In this document: in pieces, positions 46,502 through 55,791 of the stretch
Numbering within the stretch: the stretch's first letter is position 1
Layout of the letters: each line of letters begins with the position of its first letter
DNA from: an uncultured Actinomycetes bacterium
GTDB taxonomy: Bacteria > Actinomycetota > Thermoleophilia > UBA2241
Direction of reading: 5' to 3'
DNA length: 64,000 nucleotides
Assembly (NCBI GenBank): GCA_963767005.1
Contig: CAVYCN010000012.1
Location: 1-64,000, forward strand
Translations under genes and position numbers: made by a program
Notes under the pieces: generated by a model
Databases searched by the model: none
What the model saw: only the letters and a program-made list of their open reading frames with translations
What the model was told of the DNA's origin: nothing

Positions 46502-47710
46502 CTAGCGCGCCACCATGAGCTTCTTGACCGCCGCCTGCAGGCCGTCGAGCGAGAGTTCGTACATGGGCACCACCTCGGCCACCATGCCAATCGTGCGCGC
46601 CCCGTAGGCCCAGGCCCACTGGTCCCGCGGGATCGTGTTGAGCCAGGCCGCGTGCTCGAAGTGCCGGCGCAGCCGGCGCAGCCACTCGATCCCCGGCTCG
46701 TCGTTGGAGGAGCCCCACCAGATGATGCCGTGCCGGCTGAGCAGCTCGCTCGGCGCCATCGCGGCGTCGCCGACGATGATCAGCTTGTAGTCGGGCGGCA
46801 AGTCGTGGAGCACCCGCGCGGTCGAGACGGCGCGGCGACTCGTCATGTCGGTATCGGCGTACAGCCTGTCGTAGATACAGTTGTGGAAGTAGTAGGTCCG
46901 CAGGTCCCTGAAGTGGGTCTGGCTGTTCACCGCGCTGAAGAGCTGGCTGCACAGGCTGATGTAGGGGTGCATCGAGCCGCCCACGTCCATGGCGAGCAGC
47001 ACCTTGACGGAGTTCTTGCGGCTCTTGCGCCAGACGAGCGACAGGCGACCGGCGTGGTCGGCCGTCTCGTCGATCGTCTCGTCCAGGTCGAGCTCGTCGG
47101 GCAGGCCCTCGTTGCGGCTGCTGAGCTGGCGCAGGCGCCGCAACGCGAGCTCGAACTGCCGCACGCCGACCTTCACGTCGGTCCGATAGCCGCGATAGCG
47201 GCGCTCGCCGGCGACCTTCACGGCGCTGCGGTTGCGACTCTCGCCGCCCACCCTGATGCCGCCGGGGTGAAAGCCGGAGTGGCCGAAAGGCGACGTGCCG
47301 CCCGTGCCGACCCACTTGTTGCCGCCGTGGTGGGCCTCGGTCTGCTCGGCGAGGCGCTGCTCGAAGAGGCGCTGCAGCTCGTCGAGGTCGAGGTCGTCGA
47401 GCAGCGCCGCCAGGGTGCGCTTCTCGTCGTCGGAGAGACCCGCCAGGGCGAGCGGGTCGGCGAGCCAGTCCCAGACCTCGTCGACGATCTCGACGGGCGT
47501 CTCGATGCCCTCGAAGCAGGCGGCGAAGGCCTGATCGTACTGGTCGTAGAACGTCTCGGACTTCACGAGGATGCCGCGCGCGAGCGCGTAGAACTGCTCG
47601 AGGCTCGACAGAGCGAGGCCCTCGGACAGGGCGCGCATGAGCATGAGCCATTCGGTGACCGTGACCGGCACGCCGTAGGCCCGCAGCAAAAAGAAGAAGC
47701 GCGTGAACAT
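46502..47710 (-). CDS. VWA-domain (CoxE-like) MoxR partner
   Basis: GGNKWVGTGGTSPFG, DVGGSM MIDAS, YYFHNC, IVGDA, WLN. Confidence 0.88.
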   Translation of the reverse strand: MFTRFFFLLRAYGVPVTVTEWLMLMRALSEGLALSSLEQFYALARGILVKSETFYDQYDQAFAACFEGIETPVEIVDEVWDWLADPLALAGLSDDEKRTLAALLDDLDLDELQRLFEQRLAEQTEAHHGGNKWVGTGGTSPFGHSGFHPGGIRVGGESRNRSAVKVAGERRYRGYRTDVKVGVRQFELALRRLRQLSSRNEGLPDELDLDETIDETADHAGRLSLVWRKSRKNSVKVLLAMDVGGSMHPYISLCSQLFSAVNSQTHFRDLRTYYFHNCIYDRLYADTDMTSRRAVSTARVLHDLPPDYKLIIVGDAAMAPSELLSRHGIIWWGSSNDEPGIEWLRRLRRHFEHAAWLNTIPRDQWAWAYGARTIGMVAEVVPMYELSLDGLQAAVKKLMVAR

Positions 47711-47717
47711 GGCCGCC

Positions 47718-48038
47718 TCAGCCGCCGGCTTGCTCGAAGAGCAGCAGGAGCGCGCGCTGGCCGGCGGCGATCTCGGCCTTGTGAGCGTGCACCTCGCCCG
47801 CCTCGATGACGAACACGTCACCGGCGGCGAGCCGGTCCAGCCCCGTCCGTGTACGCAGCGTGAGGGCGCCCTCGAGCACCCGCCCCGCGTGGCCGTTCGT
47901 GCACCAGTCAGGTTCGACGAAGCCCGCCGAGAGCTCGAGCAGCCGCACCCGGCTGTCGCCGCGCACGGCCTCTTTGCAGCGGCTGCCCGCGGCGAGCTGC
48001 CGCCAGGGCATGGTCGCGAAGTCGATCAGCGTGTCCAC
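47718..48038 (-). CDS. cupin-domain protein
   Basis: WCTNGHAGRVLEG..AGD..I..G..HAHK. Confidence 0.75.
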   Translation of the reverse strand: MDTLIDFATMPWRQLAAGSRCKEAVRGDSRVRLLELSAGFVEPDWCTNGHAGRVLEGALTLRTRTGLDRLAAGDVFVIEAGEVHAHKAEIAAGQRALLLLFEQAGG

Positions 48039-48084
48039 GGTCGGTGCGCCCCCCCGTCATCGAGGCTCCCGCCGGCGCCGCTCT

Positions 48085-48333
48085 CTAGCGCCGGCGACGC
48101 TTGGCGCCGCCACGCGGCGCCCGCGAGCGACTGGCCTGCCGCCCGCCGCCGGGCCGGTCACCCCGCGACGCGCCGCCGGAGCGACCGCCGCGGCCGGGCG
48201 GCGCCCCCGGCCCGCCGCGCCGCGTCCGCGACCACCAGGTCAACGCCATCAGCACGATGACGGCGAGCGACGGCACGAGCAGGATCGCGAGGTGGTGCCA
48301 GTTGACGTGGCCGGCGGCTACGGTGGCGATCAC
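48085..48333 (-). CDS. small hypothetical membrane protein
   Basis: Fills the gap in the moxR run; one TM (LAILLVPSLAVIVLMAL) and a basic tail. Confidence 0.4.
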   Translation of the reverse strand: MIATVAAGHVNWHHLAILLVPSLAVIVLMALTWWSRTRRGGPGAPPGRGGRSGGASRGDRPGGGRQASRSRAPRGGAKRRRR

Positions 48334-48345
48334 GACGCGACCCCG

Positions 48346-49206
48346 CTAACGCCGGCCGCGGCCCGACTGCAGCGCGTCGACGGCGACGTCGACGTCGTGG
48401 TCCTTCTTGAGCAGCACGCCGATGAAGGGCATGGTGGCGACGATGTCCTCGTGGCGCACGCCGCCGACCTGGAGCGCCTGCACCCAGTCGATGAGCTCGC
48501 TCGTCGACGGTCTCTTCTGCAGGCCGGAGACACCGCGCAGCCAGTAGAAGGCCTGCAGGGCGAGCTGCAGCAGCCGCTGGTCGAGATGGGGGTGATGCAC
48601 GCGCACGATGCGCTCCATCATGGCCCCATCGGGGAACTCGATGAAGTGAAAGACGCAGCGCCGCAGGAACGCGTCGGGCAGCTCCTTCTCGGCGTTCGAC
48701 GTGATGATCACGACGGGGCGCTGCACGGCGCGCACGGTCTCGCGCGTCTCGGGGATGGAGAACTCCATCTGGTCGAGCTCCCAGAGCAGGTCGTTGGGAA
48801 ACTCGATGTCGGCCTTGTCGATCTCGTCGATCAGCAGCACGCAGCGCTCGGCCGACGTGAAGGACTCGCCGACCTTGCCGAGCTTGATGTAGTGACCGAT
48901 GTCGGCGACGTCGCCGTCGCCGAACTGGCCGTCGTAGAGGCGCTGCACCGTGTCGTAGACGTAGAGGCCGTCCTGCGCCTTGGTCGTCGACTTGATGTTC
49001 CAGGCGATCAGCGGCATCGATAGACCCCGGGCGATGCTCTGGGCGAGCATCGTCTTGCCGGTGCCCGGCTCGCCCTTGATGAGCAGCGGCCGCGTCAGCG
49101 TCATCGCGACGTTGACGGTCTGCATGAGCTCGGGGGAGGCGATGTAGTCGGCGGTGCCGGCGTAGGCGCCGACGCCGGACGGCGTGTCGGACGACGGAGG
49201 GTTCAC
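48346..49206 (-). CDS. MoxR family AAA+ ATPase (CoxD-like)
   Basis: GEPGTGKT, LIDEIDKAD.EFPNDLL, TSN.EKELPDAFLRRC. Confidence 0.93.
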   Translation of the reverse strand: MNPPSSDTPSGVGAYAGTADYIASPELMQTVNVAMTLTRPLLIKGEPGTGKTMLAQSIARGLSMPLIAWNIKSTTKAQDGLYVYDTVQRLYDGQFGDGDVADIGHYIKLGKVGESFTSAERCVLLIDEIDKADIEFPNDLLWELDQMEFSIPETRETVRAVQRPVVIITSNAEKELPDAFLRRCVFHFIEFPDGAMMERIVRVHHPHLDQRLLQLALQAFYWLRGVSGLQKRPSTSELIDWVQALQVGGVRHEDIVATMPFIGVLLKKDHDVDVAVDALQSGRGRR

Positions 49207-49255
49207 GGGTGTCGCGGGCCTTCCTCGCTTGGGTCAGGGACCGCGCGGAAGTCTA

Positions 49256-49320
49256 CCAAGGCGGGCGGCGAGCCGAAACCCCGCCGGGCTCCCAAGGCGG
49301 GCGGTGAGCCGAAACCCCGC
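49256..49320. repeat. 29-nt direct repeat, 2 copies, 36-nt period, each able to form a hairpin
   Basis: CCAAGGCGGGCGG(C/T)GAGCCGAAACCCCGC at 49256 and 49292. Confidence 0.8.
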
Positions 49321-49420
49321 GGGCGCTGAGACGCGTGTACCGGAGGCCATCTGAACGCACGCGGCCGGCGCCACGCTCTCCTTCGCGTCGCCGGCCGCTG
49401 GGCGATCTGTCCGATTATCA

Positions 49421-49434
49421 TTCGTATGTACGAA
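49421..49434. promoter_or_regulatory. inverted repeat, candidate TetR operator
   Basis: TTCGTA-TG-TACGAA in an AT-rich patch between divergent moxR and tetR. Confidence 0.55.
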
Positions 49435-49508
49435 CGACTATCGGAAGTCTAGACTGGGCAGCTGGAAGGTGTCAACCGCGGCCGGGGGCGCGAGGTGACC
49501 GCGATCAC

Positions 49509-50180
49509 GTGAGCGCGAGCGACGATCAGCAGACAGGCGGGCCGCCCGCCGAGGGCGAGCGGCAGCGTCGCCGGCGCGACGGCTCGACCGCCGCTCGCCT
49601 GGTGGCGGCGGCGCGCGTCGTGCTCGCCCGCGGCGGACCGCAGGCGCTCACCGTGCAGGCCGTCGCAGAGGAGGCCGGCACCTACCCCGACGCCGTGCGC
49701 TACCACTTCGGCGGCAAGGCCGGCCTGGTGTCGGCCGTCGTCGAGTCGCTCGCCGACGACCCGCGCTTCTGGGCGATCGCCCGCGACTCCGGCACCGCGC
49801 CGCGCGCCGACGTGCTGCGCCGCCTGCTCGAGGCCGACCGCGACCTGCTCCTCGACGACGGCTCGTACCGCGACTTCTACGCGCTGCTGTCGGGCATCGT
49901 CCTCGACGCCGAGCTACGCGAACGGGTGGCGGTGCTCTACCGCGGCTACCGCGCGATGTACGCGGGCGTCGTGAGCAGCGAGGGCGGTTTCTCGGCCGAC
50001 GAGCTGCACGCGCTCGAGACGCTCATGATCGCTGTGATCGACGGCTTGGCCGTGCAGAAGCTCCTCGACCCCGACAGTGTCAGGCTCGACGTGGTGCTGC
50101 CGTTCTGGGAGCACGTGCTCGAGCTCGTCTTCGCCCGCGTGAGCGACCGCGAGCCCGGTCCCGCGCCGGGCCAGCCCTAG
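49509..50180 (+). CDS. TetR/AcrR family regulator
   Basis: LVAAARVVL..G..ALTVQAVAEEAG....AVRYHFGGK..L. Confidence 0.9.
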   Translation: MSASDDQQTGGPPAEGERQRRRRDGSTAARLVAAARVVLARGGPQALTVQAVAEEAGTYPDAVRYHFGGKAGLVSAVVESLADDPRFWAIARDSGTAPRADVLRRLLEADRDLLLDDGSYRDFYALLSGIVLDAELRERVAVLYRGYRAMYAGVVSSEGGFSADELHALETLMIAVIDGLAVQKLLDPDSVRLDVVLPFWEHVLELVFARVSDREPGPAPGQP

Positions 50181-50830
50181 GCGAGCTCCTCGCGGATCGT
50201 GCACTCGGCGCCGGGCCCCGCGATGATCAAGAGCTGGTCGCCGGACTGGACCACCGTGTCGGGCTGCGGCATGACGATCTGCGTATCGTGCAGGAGCGCC
50301 GCGATCACGCAGCCCGCGGGCAGGCCGAGCTCCTTCATGGTCTTGCCGGCGGCCCAGTGGCCCTCGTTGATCGACATCGACGACACCGTGACCTCGCCCT
50401 CGCGCAGGTCGAGCAGGGTGACGACATCGGCGAGCGTGGCCTCTTCCTCGATCAGCTTGGTGACGATCTCGGCCGAGTCGATGGCCACATCGACGCCCCA
50501 GCTGCGGTTGTAGAGCCAGCGGTTGCGCGGGTTGCGCACCGCCGCGATCACTTTGCGCACCTTGTACTCGTTCTTGGCGAGCAGGCTCGCGACCAGATTG
50601 TCCTCGTCGTGCCCCGTGGAGGCTACGAACACGTCGGCACGGTCGACGCCGGCCTCGAAAAGTACCGACGGCTCGTCGGCGTCGCCGACCAGCACCTTCA
50701 CGCCGAGCTCCTCCTCGAGGGCCTTGGCCCGGTCGCTCGCCTGCTCGATCACGAGGACCTCGTGATCGTCGCGCGTGTACATGGCGACGCGGCGTCCGAG
50801 GGTGCCCGCCCCAGCGATCACGATCCTCAT
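50177..50830 (-). CDS. trkA: TrkA/KtrA family RCK protein 2
   Basis: IAGAGTLG, GDADEP, TGHDEDNL, RCK_C-like C-terminus. Confidence 0.88.
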   Translation of the reverse strand: MRIVIAGAGTLGRRVAMYTRDDHEVLVIEQASDRAKALEEELGVKVLVGDADEPSVLFEAGVDRADVFVASTGHDEDNLVASLLAKNEYKVRKVIAAVRNPRNRWLYNRSWGVDVAIDSAEIVTKLIEEEATLADVVTLLDLREGEVTVSSMSINEGHWAAGKTMKELGLPAGCVIAALLHDTQIVMPQPDTVVQSGDQLLIIAGPGAECTIREELA

Positions 50831-51480
50831 GACTTCCACCCCATCATCTTCTGGAACTTCTCGACGGCGGACTGGTGGATGACCACGTACACCTGGTCGT
50901 CCTCTTCGAGCGCGGTCCCCGAGACCGGCACGACACCCTTGCCCATGCGCACGATCAGGGCTACGCGGATCTCACCCGGGATCGCGAGATCCTTCACCGG
51001 CTTGCCGACCAGGTGCACCGGCACCCACGCGGCCAGGAGCTGGACCTCGCCGTTGCCGAAGGCCATCTCACGCTCTAGGGTCGGGCTCACGATGAGCTCG
51101 ACGATCTTGCTCACGCTCCAGGCGGTGGGTGCGAAGGTCTGGATGCCGTAGCGCCGGTAGATGTCGGCGCGCCGCGGGTCGAAGATGCGGGCCACGACAT
51201 CGGGCACCCGGTAGACCTCCTTGGCGATGCGCGCCGCCACGGCGTTGGTGTTGTCGCCGCTCGCCGAGGCGACCAGGGCGTCGGCCTCGCGGATACCGGC
51301 CGCCTCGAGCACGTCGCGGTCGAAGCCCATGCCGACGATCGTGCGGCCGCCGAAGTTGGTCGGCAGGAGCCGGAACGCGTCGGCCTTGCGGTCGATGACG
51401 ACGACGTCGTGGCCGGCCCGTGCGAGCTCGGCCGCCGTCGAGGCCCCGACGCGGCCGCACCCCACGATGATCACGTGCAT
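50827..51480 (-). CDS. trkA: TrkA/KtrA family RCK protein 1
   Basis: IVGCGRVG, GMGFDRDVLEAAGI, SGDNTN, ARIFDPRRA. Confidence 0.88.
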   Translation of the reverse strand: MHVIIVGCGRVGASTAAELARAGHDVVVIDRKADAFRLLPTNFGGRTIVGMGFDRDVLEAAGIREADALVASASGDNTNAVAARIAKEVYRVPDVVARIFDPRRADIYRRYGIQTFAPTAWSVSKIVELIVSPTLEREMAFGNGEVQLLAAWVPVHLVGKPVKDLAIPGEIRVALIVRMGKGVVPVSGTALEEDDQVYVVIHQSAVEKFQKMMGWKS

Positions 51481-51484
51481 GGTC

Positions 51485-54382
51485 TCACCCTCCTTCGGGC
51501 GCCGGGTCACGACGGCGCGCGAACCATTTTCTCGCTTCTTCAGCAAAGAAGACAGAGACGGCGGCGACCACGAGGATCGCCCAGTCGAGCGCGCTCAGCG
51601 GGCCTGTCTTGAAGATGTCCTGCATGAACGGCACGTACGAGATGGCGGCCATGATCGCGATGCCGATCGCCTCGGCGTAGATCAGCCACATGTTGCTGAA
51701 GAGGCCGACTTTGAACAGCGACTCGCGCTCAGTGCGGCAGGCGAAGCCGTTGCCGACCTGGCACATGACGATCGCCGCCTGCGTCATGGTGATCGCCTCG
51801 CGCCAGTACGCGTAGTGCGGGTTGCCGGGGTTCATCCAGGTGCCGTCGCCCCAGCTCCAGCCGTGCAGGAAGAGGACGTACAGAAAGCCCGCGACCGCCC
51901 AGAACGACTCGATGGCGCCGATGAAGACGACCCGGCGCAGCGTGGCGCGACTCAGAAGGCGCTCGGCTCGCGGGCGCGGCGGCAGCTTCATGACGCCCGG
52001 CTCGGGATGCTCGGTGCCCAGAGCGAGACCGGGGAGCACGTCGGAGCCGAGGTCGATCGACAGCACCTGGATCGCCCCGAGCGGCACCAGCCCGACGCCG
52101 CCGAGGGCGGCGAAGACGAACGGGAAGAGCTCGGCCATGTTGTGCGAGAAGATGTAGGTGATCATCTTCTTGACGTTGGCGTAGACGCCGCGGCCCTGCT
52201 CGACCGCCTTGATGATGCTGGCGAAGCTGTCGTCGAGCAGGATCATGATGGCCGCCTCGCGCGCGACGTCGGTGCCCGCCAGGCCCATGGCCACGCCGAT
52301 GTCGGCCTTCTTCAGCGCCGGCGCGTCGTTCACGCCGTCGCCGGTGACCGCGACGATCTGCTTCATGTCCTTCAGGGCCGACACGACCTGCATCTTGTGC
52401 TCGGGCGCGACCCTCGCGAAGATCACGTCCTGCGGCTTGGCAAGCTCGCCCTTGAGGTCGTCCTCGGTCATGTCCTGCAGGTCGGTGCCGGTGATCACCC
52501 GCACGTTGCGATCGCCGCGCACGATGCCGATGCGACGGGCGATCGCCTCGGCCGTCAGGCCGTAGTCGCCCGTCACCATGATGATGCGGATGCCGGCCGT
52601 GAGGGCGTGCTCGACCGCCTCGCTGACCTCGGGGCGCGGCGGGTCGATCATGCCGACCAGGCCGAGGAAGGTGAGCTCGCTCTCGACCGAGTCGGGGGTG
52701 TAGTCGGTCAGGTCGCCCGGCAGGTCGCGCTCGGCGACGGCCAGCACGCGTAGCGCCTGGCGCGACATCTCGTCGTTGCGCTCGATGATCCGCGCGCGCA
52801 GCTCGTCGGTCATCGGCACGACGTTGCCCTCGAGCAGCACGCTCGTACAGCGCGGGATGGTCTCGGACGGCGCGCCCTTGACGTAGGCCTTCTGGCCGTC
52901 GCCCTCGACGTGCACCACCGACATGCGTTTGCGCACCGATTCGAACGGCAGCTCGTAGATCTTGGGACGCTGGACGATCTCGTCGGGCAGGTCGAAGCCG
53001 ACCTTCTCGGCGGCCACCAGCAGGCACCCCTCGGTCGGGTCGCCGATGACCCGCCAGCCCTTGTCGTCGCTCGGCGCCAGCACCTTGGCGTCGTTGGCGA
53101 AGGTCATGGCGCGCAGCAGGAGCTCGAGGCGGCGGCGGGCCTCGTCCTTGGGCAGCGTCGTGTCGCCCATGACAAAGTCGCCGACCGGCTCGTAGCCGGC
53201 GCCCGTCACCTCGACCACGGCGTCGCCGGTGAACATCTCGCGGACCGTCATCTCGGCCTTGGTCAGCGTGCCGGTCTTGTCGGTGCAGATCACGTTGGTC
53301 GAGCCCAGCGTCTCGACGCCCATCAGCTTCTTGATGAGGGCGTTCTCTTTGGCCATGCGCTGCACGCCGATGGCCAGGGCGACCGACAAGGTCGCCGGCA
53401 GGCCCTCGGGCACCAGGGCGACCATGACGCCGAGAGCGAACAGCAGGGCGGGCACCGCGCCGAACTTGAAGATCAGCAGGGCGGCGAAGAACAGGGCGAT
53501 GCCGCAGATCACCGCGATGATCGAGACGGTGCGGGCCATCGTGTCGATCTCGCGCTGCAGCGGCGACTTCTCGTCGGACACACCACTCGTGAGCGTGAAG
53601 ATATGGCCGAACTGCGTCTGGAGTCCGGTGGCGAAGACGACCGCCTGGCCGGTGCCCGAAGCGACGCTCGTGCCCATGAAGACGAGGTTCGGCATGTTGA
53701 TGACGGCGAGCTCCTCCTCGACGATCGAGTCGGCCGTCTTGCGCACGGCATCGGACTCGCCCGTCAAGGCGATGTTGATCGTCGACATCTCGTACTGACG
53801 GATGAGCCGGGCGTCGGCCGAGATACTGTCGCCCTCTTCGAGCTGCACGACGTCGCCGGGCACGAGGTCGGCGACCGCGACGACCGTCACCTCGCCGTCG
53901 CGTACCACCTTGGCGTTCTGCGGCACCATCTTCTGGAGCGCCTCGGTCGCCTTCTCGGCGCGATACTCCTGGAAGAAGCCGATGGTCGCGTTCAGCAGCA
54001 CGACGCCGACGATGGCGATGGTCACGTTGATGTTGGCCTGCCGGGCCGAACCGGTCGACAGCGCGGCTGCGATCACGCACAGCAGCGCCGCGACCTCGAG
54101 CATGATGGCAAAGAGCGTCGTGAACTGGTCGAAGAAGCGGAAGATGATCGGCCGCCCGACCTTGGCCGGCAGCGTGTTGGGGCCGTACTTCTTGAGGCGC
54201 CGAAAGGCCTCGTCCTCGGTCAGGCCGCGGGGTGAGGTCTCGAGACGAGCGAACACCTCGTCGCCGGGCAGCGACCAGATGCCGTCGATCTGTGGCATGG
54301 CCGTGTCGGGCGACGATGTCGGGTGGCGGTCGCCGGGGGCTGCCGCCACATCGCCTCGGACCTGCGTTTCCACAGCGCTCAC
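51485..54382 (-). CDS. P2-type cation-transporting ATPase, Na+/K+-ATPase-like (P2C-like) motifs
   Basis: TGES, VALVPEGL, DKTGT, KGAP, MIDPPR, TGDGVNDAPALKKADIGVAMG, SHNMAE, IDLGSD. Start uncertain (54382, 54373 or 54298). Confidence 0.9.
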   Translation of the reverse strand: MSAVETQVRGDVAAAPGDRHPTSSPDTAMPQIDGIWSLPGDEVFARLETSPRGLTEDEAFRRLKKYGPNTLPAKVGRPIIFRFFDQFTTLFAIMLEVAALLCVIAAALSTGSARQANINVTIAIVGVVLLNATIGFFQEYRAEKATEALQKMVPQNAKVVRDGEVTVVAVADLVPGDVVQLEEGDSISADARLIRQYEMSTINIALTGESDAVRKTADSIVEEELAVINMPNLVFMGTSVASGTGQAVVFATGLQTQFGHIFTLTSGVSDEKSPLQREIDTMARTVSIIAVICGIALFFAALLIFKFGAVPALLFALGVMVALVPEGLPATLSVALAIGVQRMAKENALIKKLMGVETLGSTNVICTDKTGTLTKAEMTVREMFTGDAVVEVTGAGYEPVGDFVMGDTTLPKDEARRRLELLLRAMTFANDAKVLAPSDDKGWRVIGDPTEGCLLVAAEKVGFDLPDEIVQRPKIYELPFESVRKRMSVVHVEGDGQKAYVKGAPSETIPRCTSVLLEGNVVPMTDELRARIIERNDEMSRQALRVLAVAERDLPGDLTDYTPDSVESELTFLGLVGMIDPPRPEVSEAVEHALTAGIRIIMVTGDYGLTAEAIARRIGIVRGDRNVRVITGTDLQDMTEDDLKGELAKPQDVIFARVAPEHKMQVVSALKDMKQIVAVTGDGVNDAPALKKADIGVAMGLAGTDVAREAAIMILLDDSFASIIKAVEQGRGVYANVKKMITYIFSHNMAELFPFVFAALGGVGLVPLGAIQVLSIDLGSDVLPGLALGTEHPEPGVMKLPPRPRAERLLSRATLRRVVFIGAIESFWAVAGFLYVLFLHGWSWGDGTWMNPGNPHYAYWREAITMTQAAIVMCQVGNGFACRTERESLFKVGLFSNMWLIYAEAIGIAIMAAISYVPFMQDIFKTGPLSALDWAILVVAAVSVFFAEEARKWFARRRDPAPEGG

Positions 54383-54526
54383 ACGCTCCTGTCGCACTTG
54401 CAGGGTGGGGCGCGGCCCGGAGCATGCAAGGTGGCGCTCCATCACGAACGCCTGCCCGAGCGGCCTGGCCGCCGCCACCGTCGTCGGCGACCAAGCCGAC
54501 GCATCGGCCCGTGGGCCGACCGCGCG

Positions 54527-54611
54527 ACGCTACGCCGAACGGCGTTAAGAGTCCATAAAATCACGCGCCGTCAGTATAAAGAACCTGTTAAGGTGTGAAG
54601 TATCCGTAAAG
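54527..54611 (-). promoter_or_regulatory. putative KdpE-activated promoter of the ATPase-trkA-trkA operon
   Basis: Boxes CTTTACG-N4-CTTCACA (54594-54611), CTTAACA-N4-CTTTATA (54575-54592), TTTTATG-N4-CTTAACG (54543-54560); -10 TAGCGT (54527-54532). Confidence 0.7.
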
Positions 54612-54627
54612 GTGACAGGCGGCCGAC

Positions 54628-55791
54628 CTACTCGGTCTCGCGCACCGTCTTGCTGGGATCGGCCACCACGAGCACGTCGACATCCTGGGTCTCGCGCATG
54701 ATCCGCGCAATCAGCGACGAGCCGCGCAGTACCTCGTCCATGCGCGAGCGTTTGGACTGACCCATGACGACGAACGTCGCGCGGTGCTCGTGCGCGAAGT
54801 GCAAGATGGCCTCGTCTTCGGAGTCACCGGACAGCTCCACTACCTCGCCGCCCAGGTTGCGCGTGAGGTCGAAGAGCTCGGTGAGCTCGTCGTGATGACG
54901 CCCGAGGGTCTCCCCCGGCGTGTGCACGTGGATGACCCAGAAATGTCCCTGGAGGCGCTTGGCCAGGCGGTAGCCGCGCCGCACGAGCTTCTTCGCCACC
55001 GGCCCCGCCTTGATGCACACCACGACGCGGTCCTCGGTGGCCCAGGGAGTCTCGATCTCGTGCTCCTCGATGTAGTGCTCGAGGCTCTCGTCGACCTCCT
55101 CAGCCGTCTTGCGCAGGGCGAGCTCGCGCAGGGCCACCAGATTGCCGCGGCGGAAGAAGTTGCTGAGCGCCCCGGGGATCTTCTCGAGATCGTAGACGAC
55201 GCCCCGGTTCAGCCGGTTGATGAGGGCGTCGGCCGTGAGGTCGACCAGCACCACCTCGTCGGCGCGGTCGAGGATGCCGTCGGGTAGCGTCTCGCGCACG
55301 CGCACCGAGGTGATCTGGTAGATCGTGTCGTTCAGGCTCTCGAAGTGCTGGACGTTGACGGTCGAGAGCACGTCGATGCCGGCCGCCAGGATCTCCTCGA
55401 CGCTCTGCCAGCGCTTCTCGTGCTTGGTGCCGGGGATGTTCGTGTGAGCGAGCTCGTCGACCAGCACGACCGCCGGCCGGCGGGCGATCACGGCCGCCGT
55501 GTCCATCTCTTCGAACATGCGGCCGCGATACTCGAGCGTCTTGCGCGGGACGATCGACAGGCCCTCGGCGAGCTCGGCGATCGCCTTGCGGCCGTGCGTC
55601 TCGACGAAGCCGATCACGACGTCCTCGCCGCGCTCGGCACGCCGGCGCGCCTCGGAGAGCATGGTGAAGGTCTTGCCGACGCCCGGCGCGTAGCCCAGGA
55701 AGATCTTGTGGCGTCCCCGGTTGCGCAGGGTGCGCAGCGCTATTTGCTCACCGGGTCCGGTGCCGCCGGGAGGCGGGTCGGCGGCGGCCAT
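54628..55791 (-). CDS. kdpD: KdpD N-terminal sensor + USP domains only (no TM, GAF or histidine kinase)
   Basis: GYAPGVGKT, GFVETHGR, LVDELAHTN, NVQHFESLND, NFFRRGNLVALRELALR, USP MGQS. Confidence 0.92.
   Translation of the reverse strand: MAAADPPPGGTGPGEQIALRTLRNRGRHKIFLGYAPGVGKTFTMLSEARRRAERGEDVVIGFVETHGRKAIAELAEGLSIVPRKTLEYRGRMFEEMDTAAVIARRPAVVLVDELAHTNIPGTKHEKRWQSVEEILAAGIDVLSTVNVQHFESLNDTIYQITSVRVRETLPDGILDRADEVVLVDLTADALINRLNRGVVYDLEKIPGALSNFFRRGNLVALRELALRKTAEEVDESLEHYIEEHEIETPWATEDRVVVCIKAGPVAKKLVRRGYRLAKRLQGHFWVIHVHTPGETLGRHHDELTELFDLTRNLGGEVVELSGDSEDEAILHFAHEHRATFVVMGQSKRSRMDEVLRGSSLIARIMRETQDVDVLVVADPSKTVRETE

Noticed and set aside
49256-49320. Possible mini-CRISPR
   Set aside because: Only two copies with a 7-nt gap, and no cas genes.
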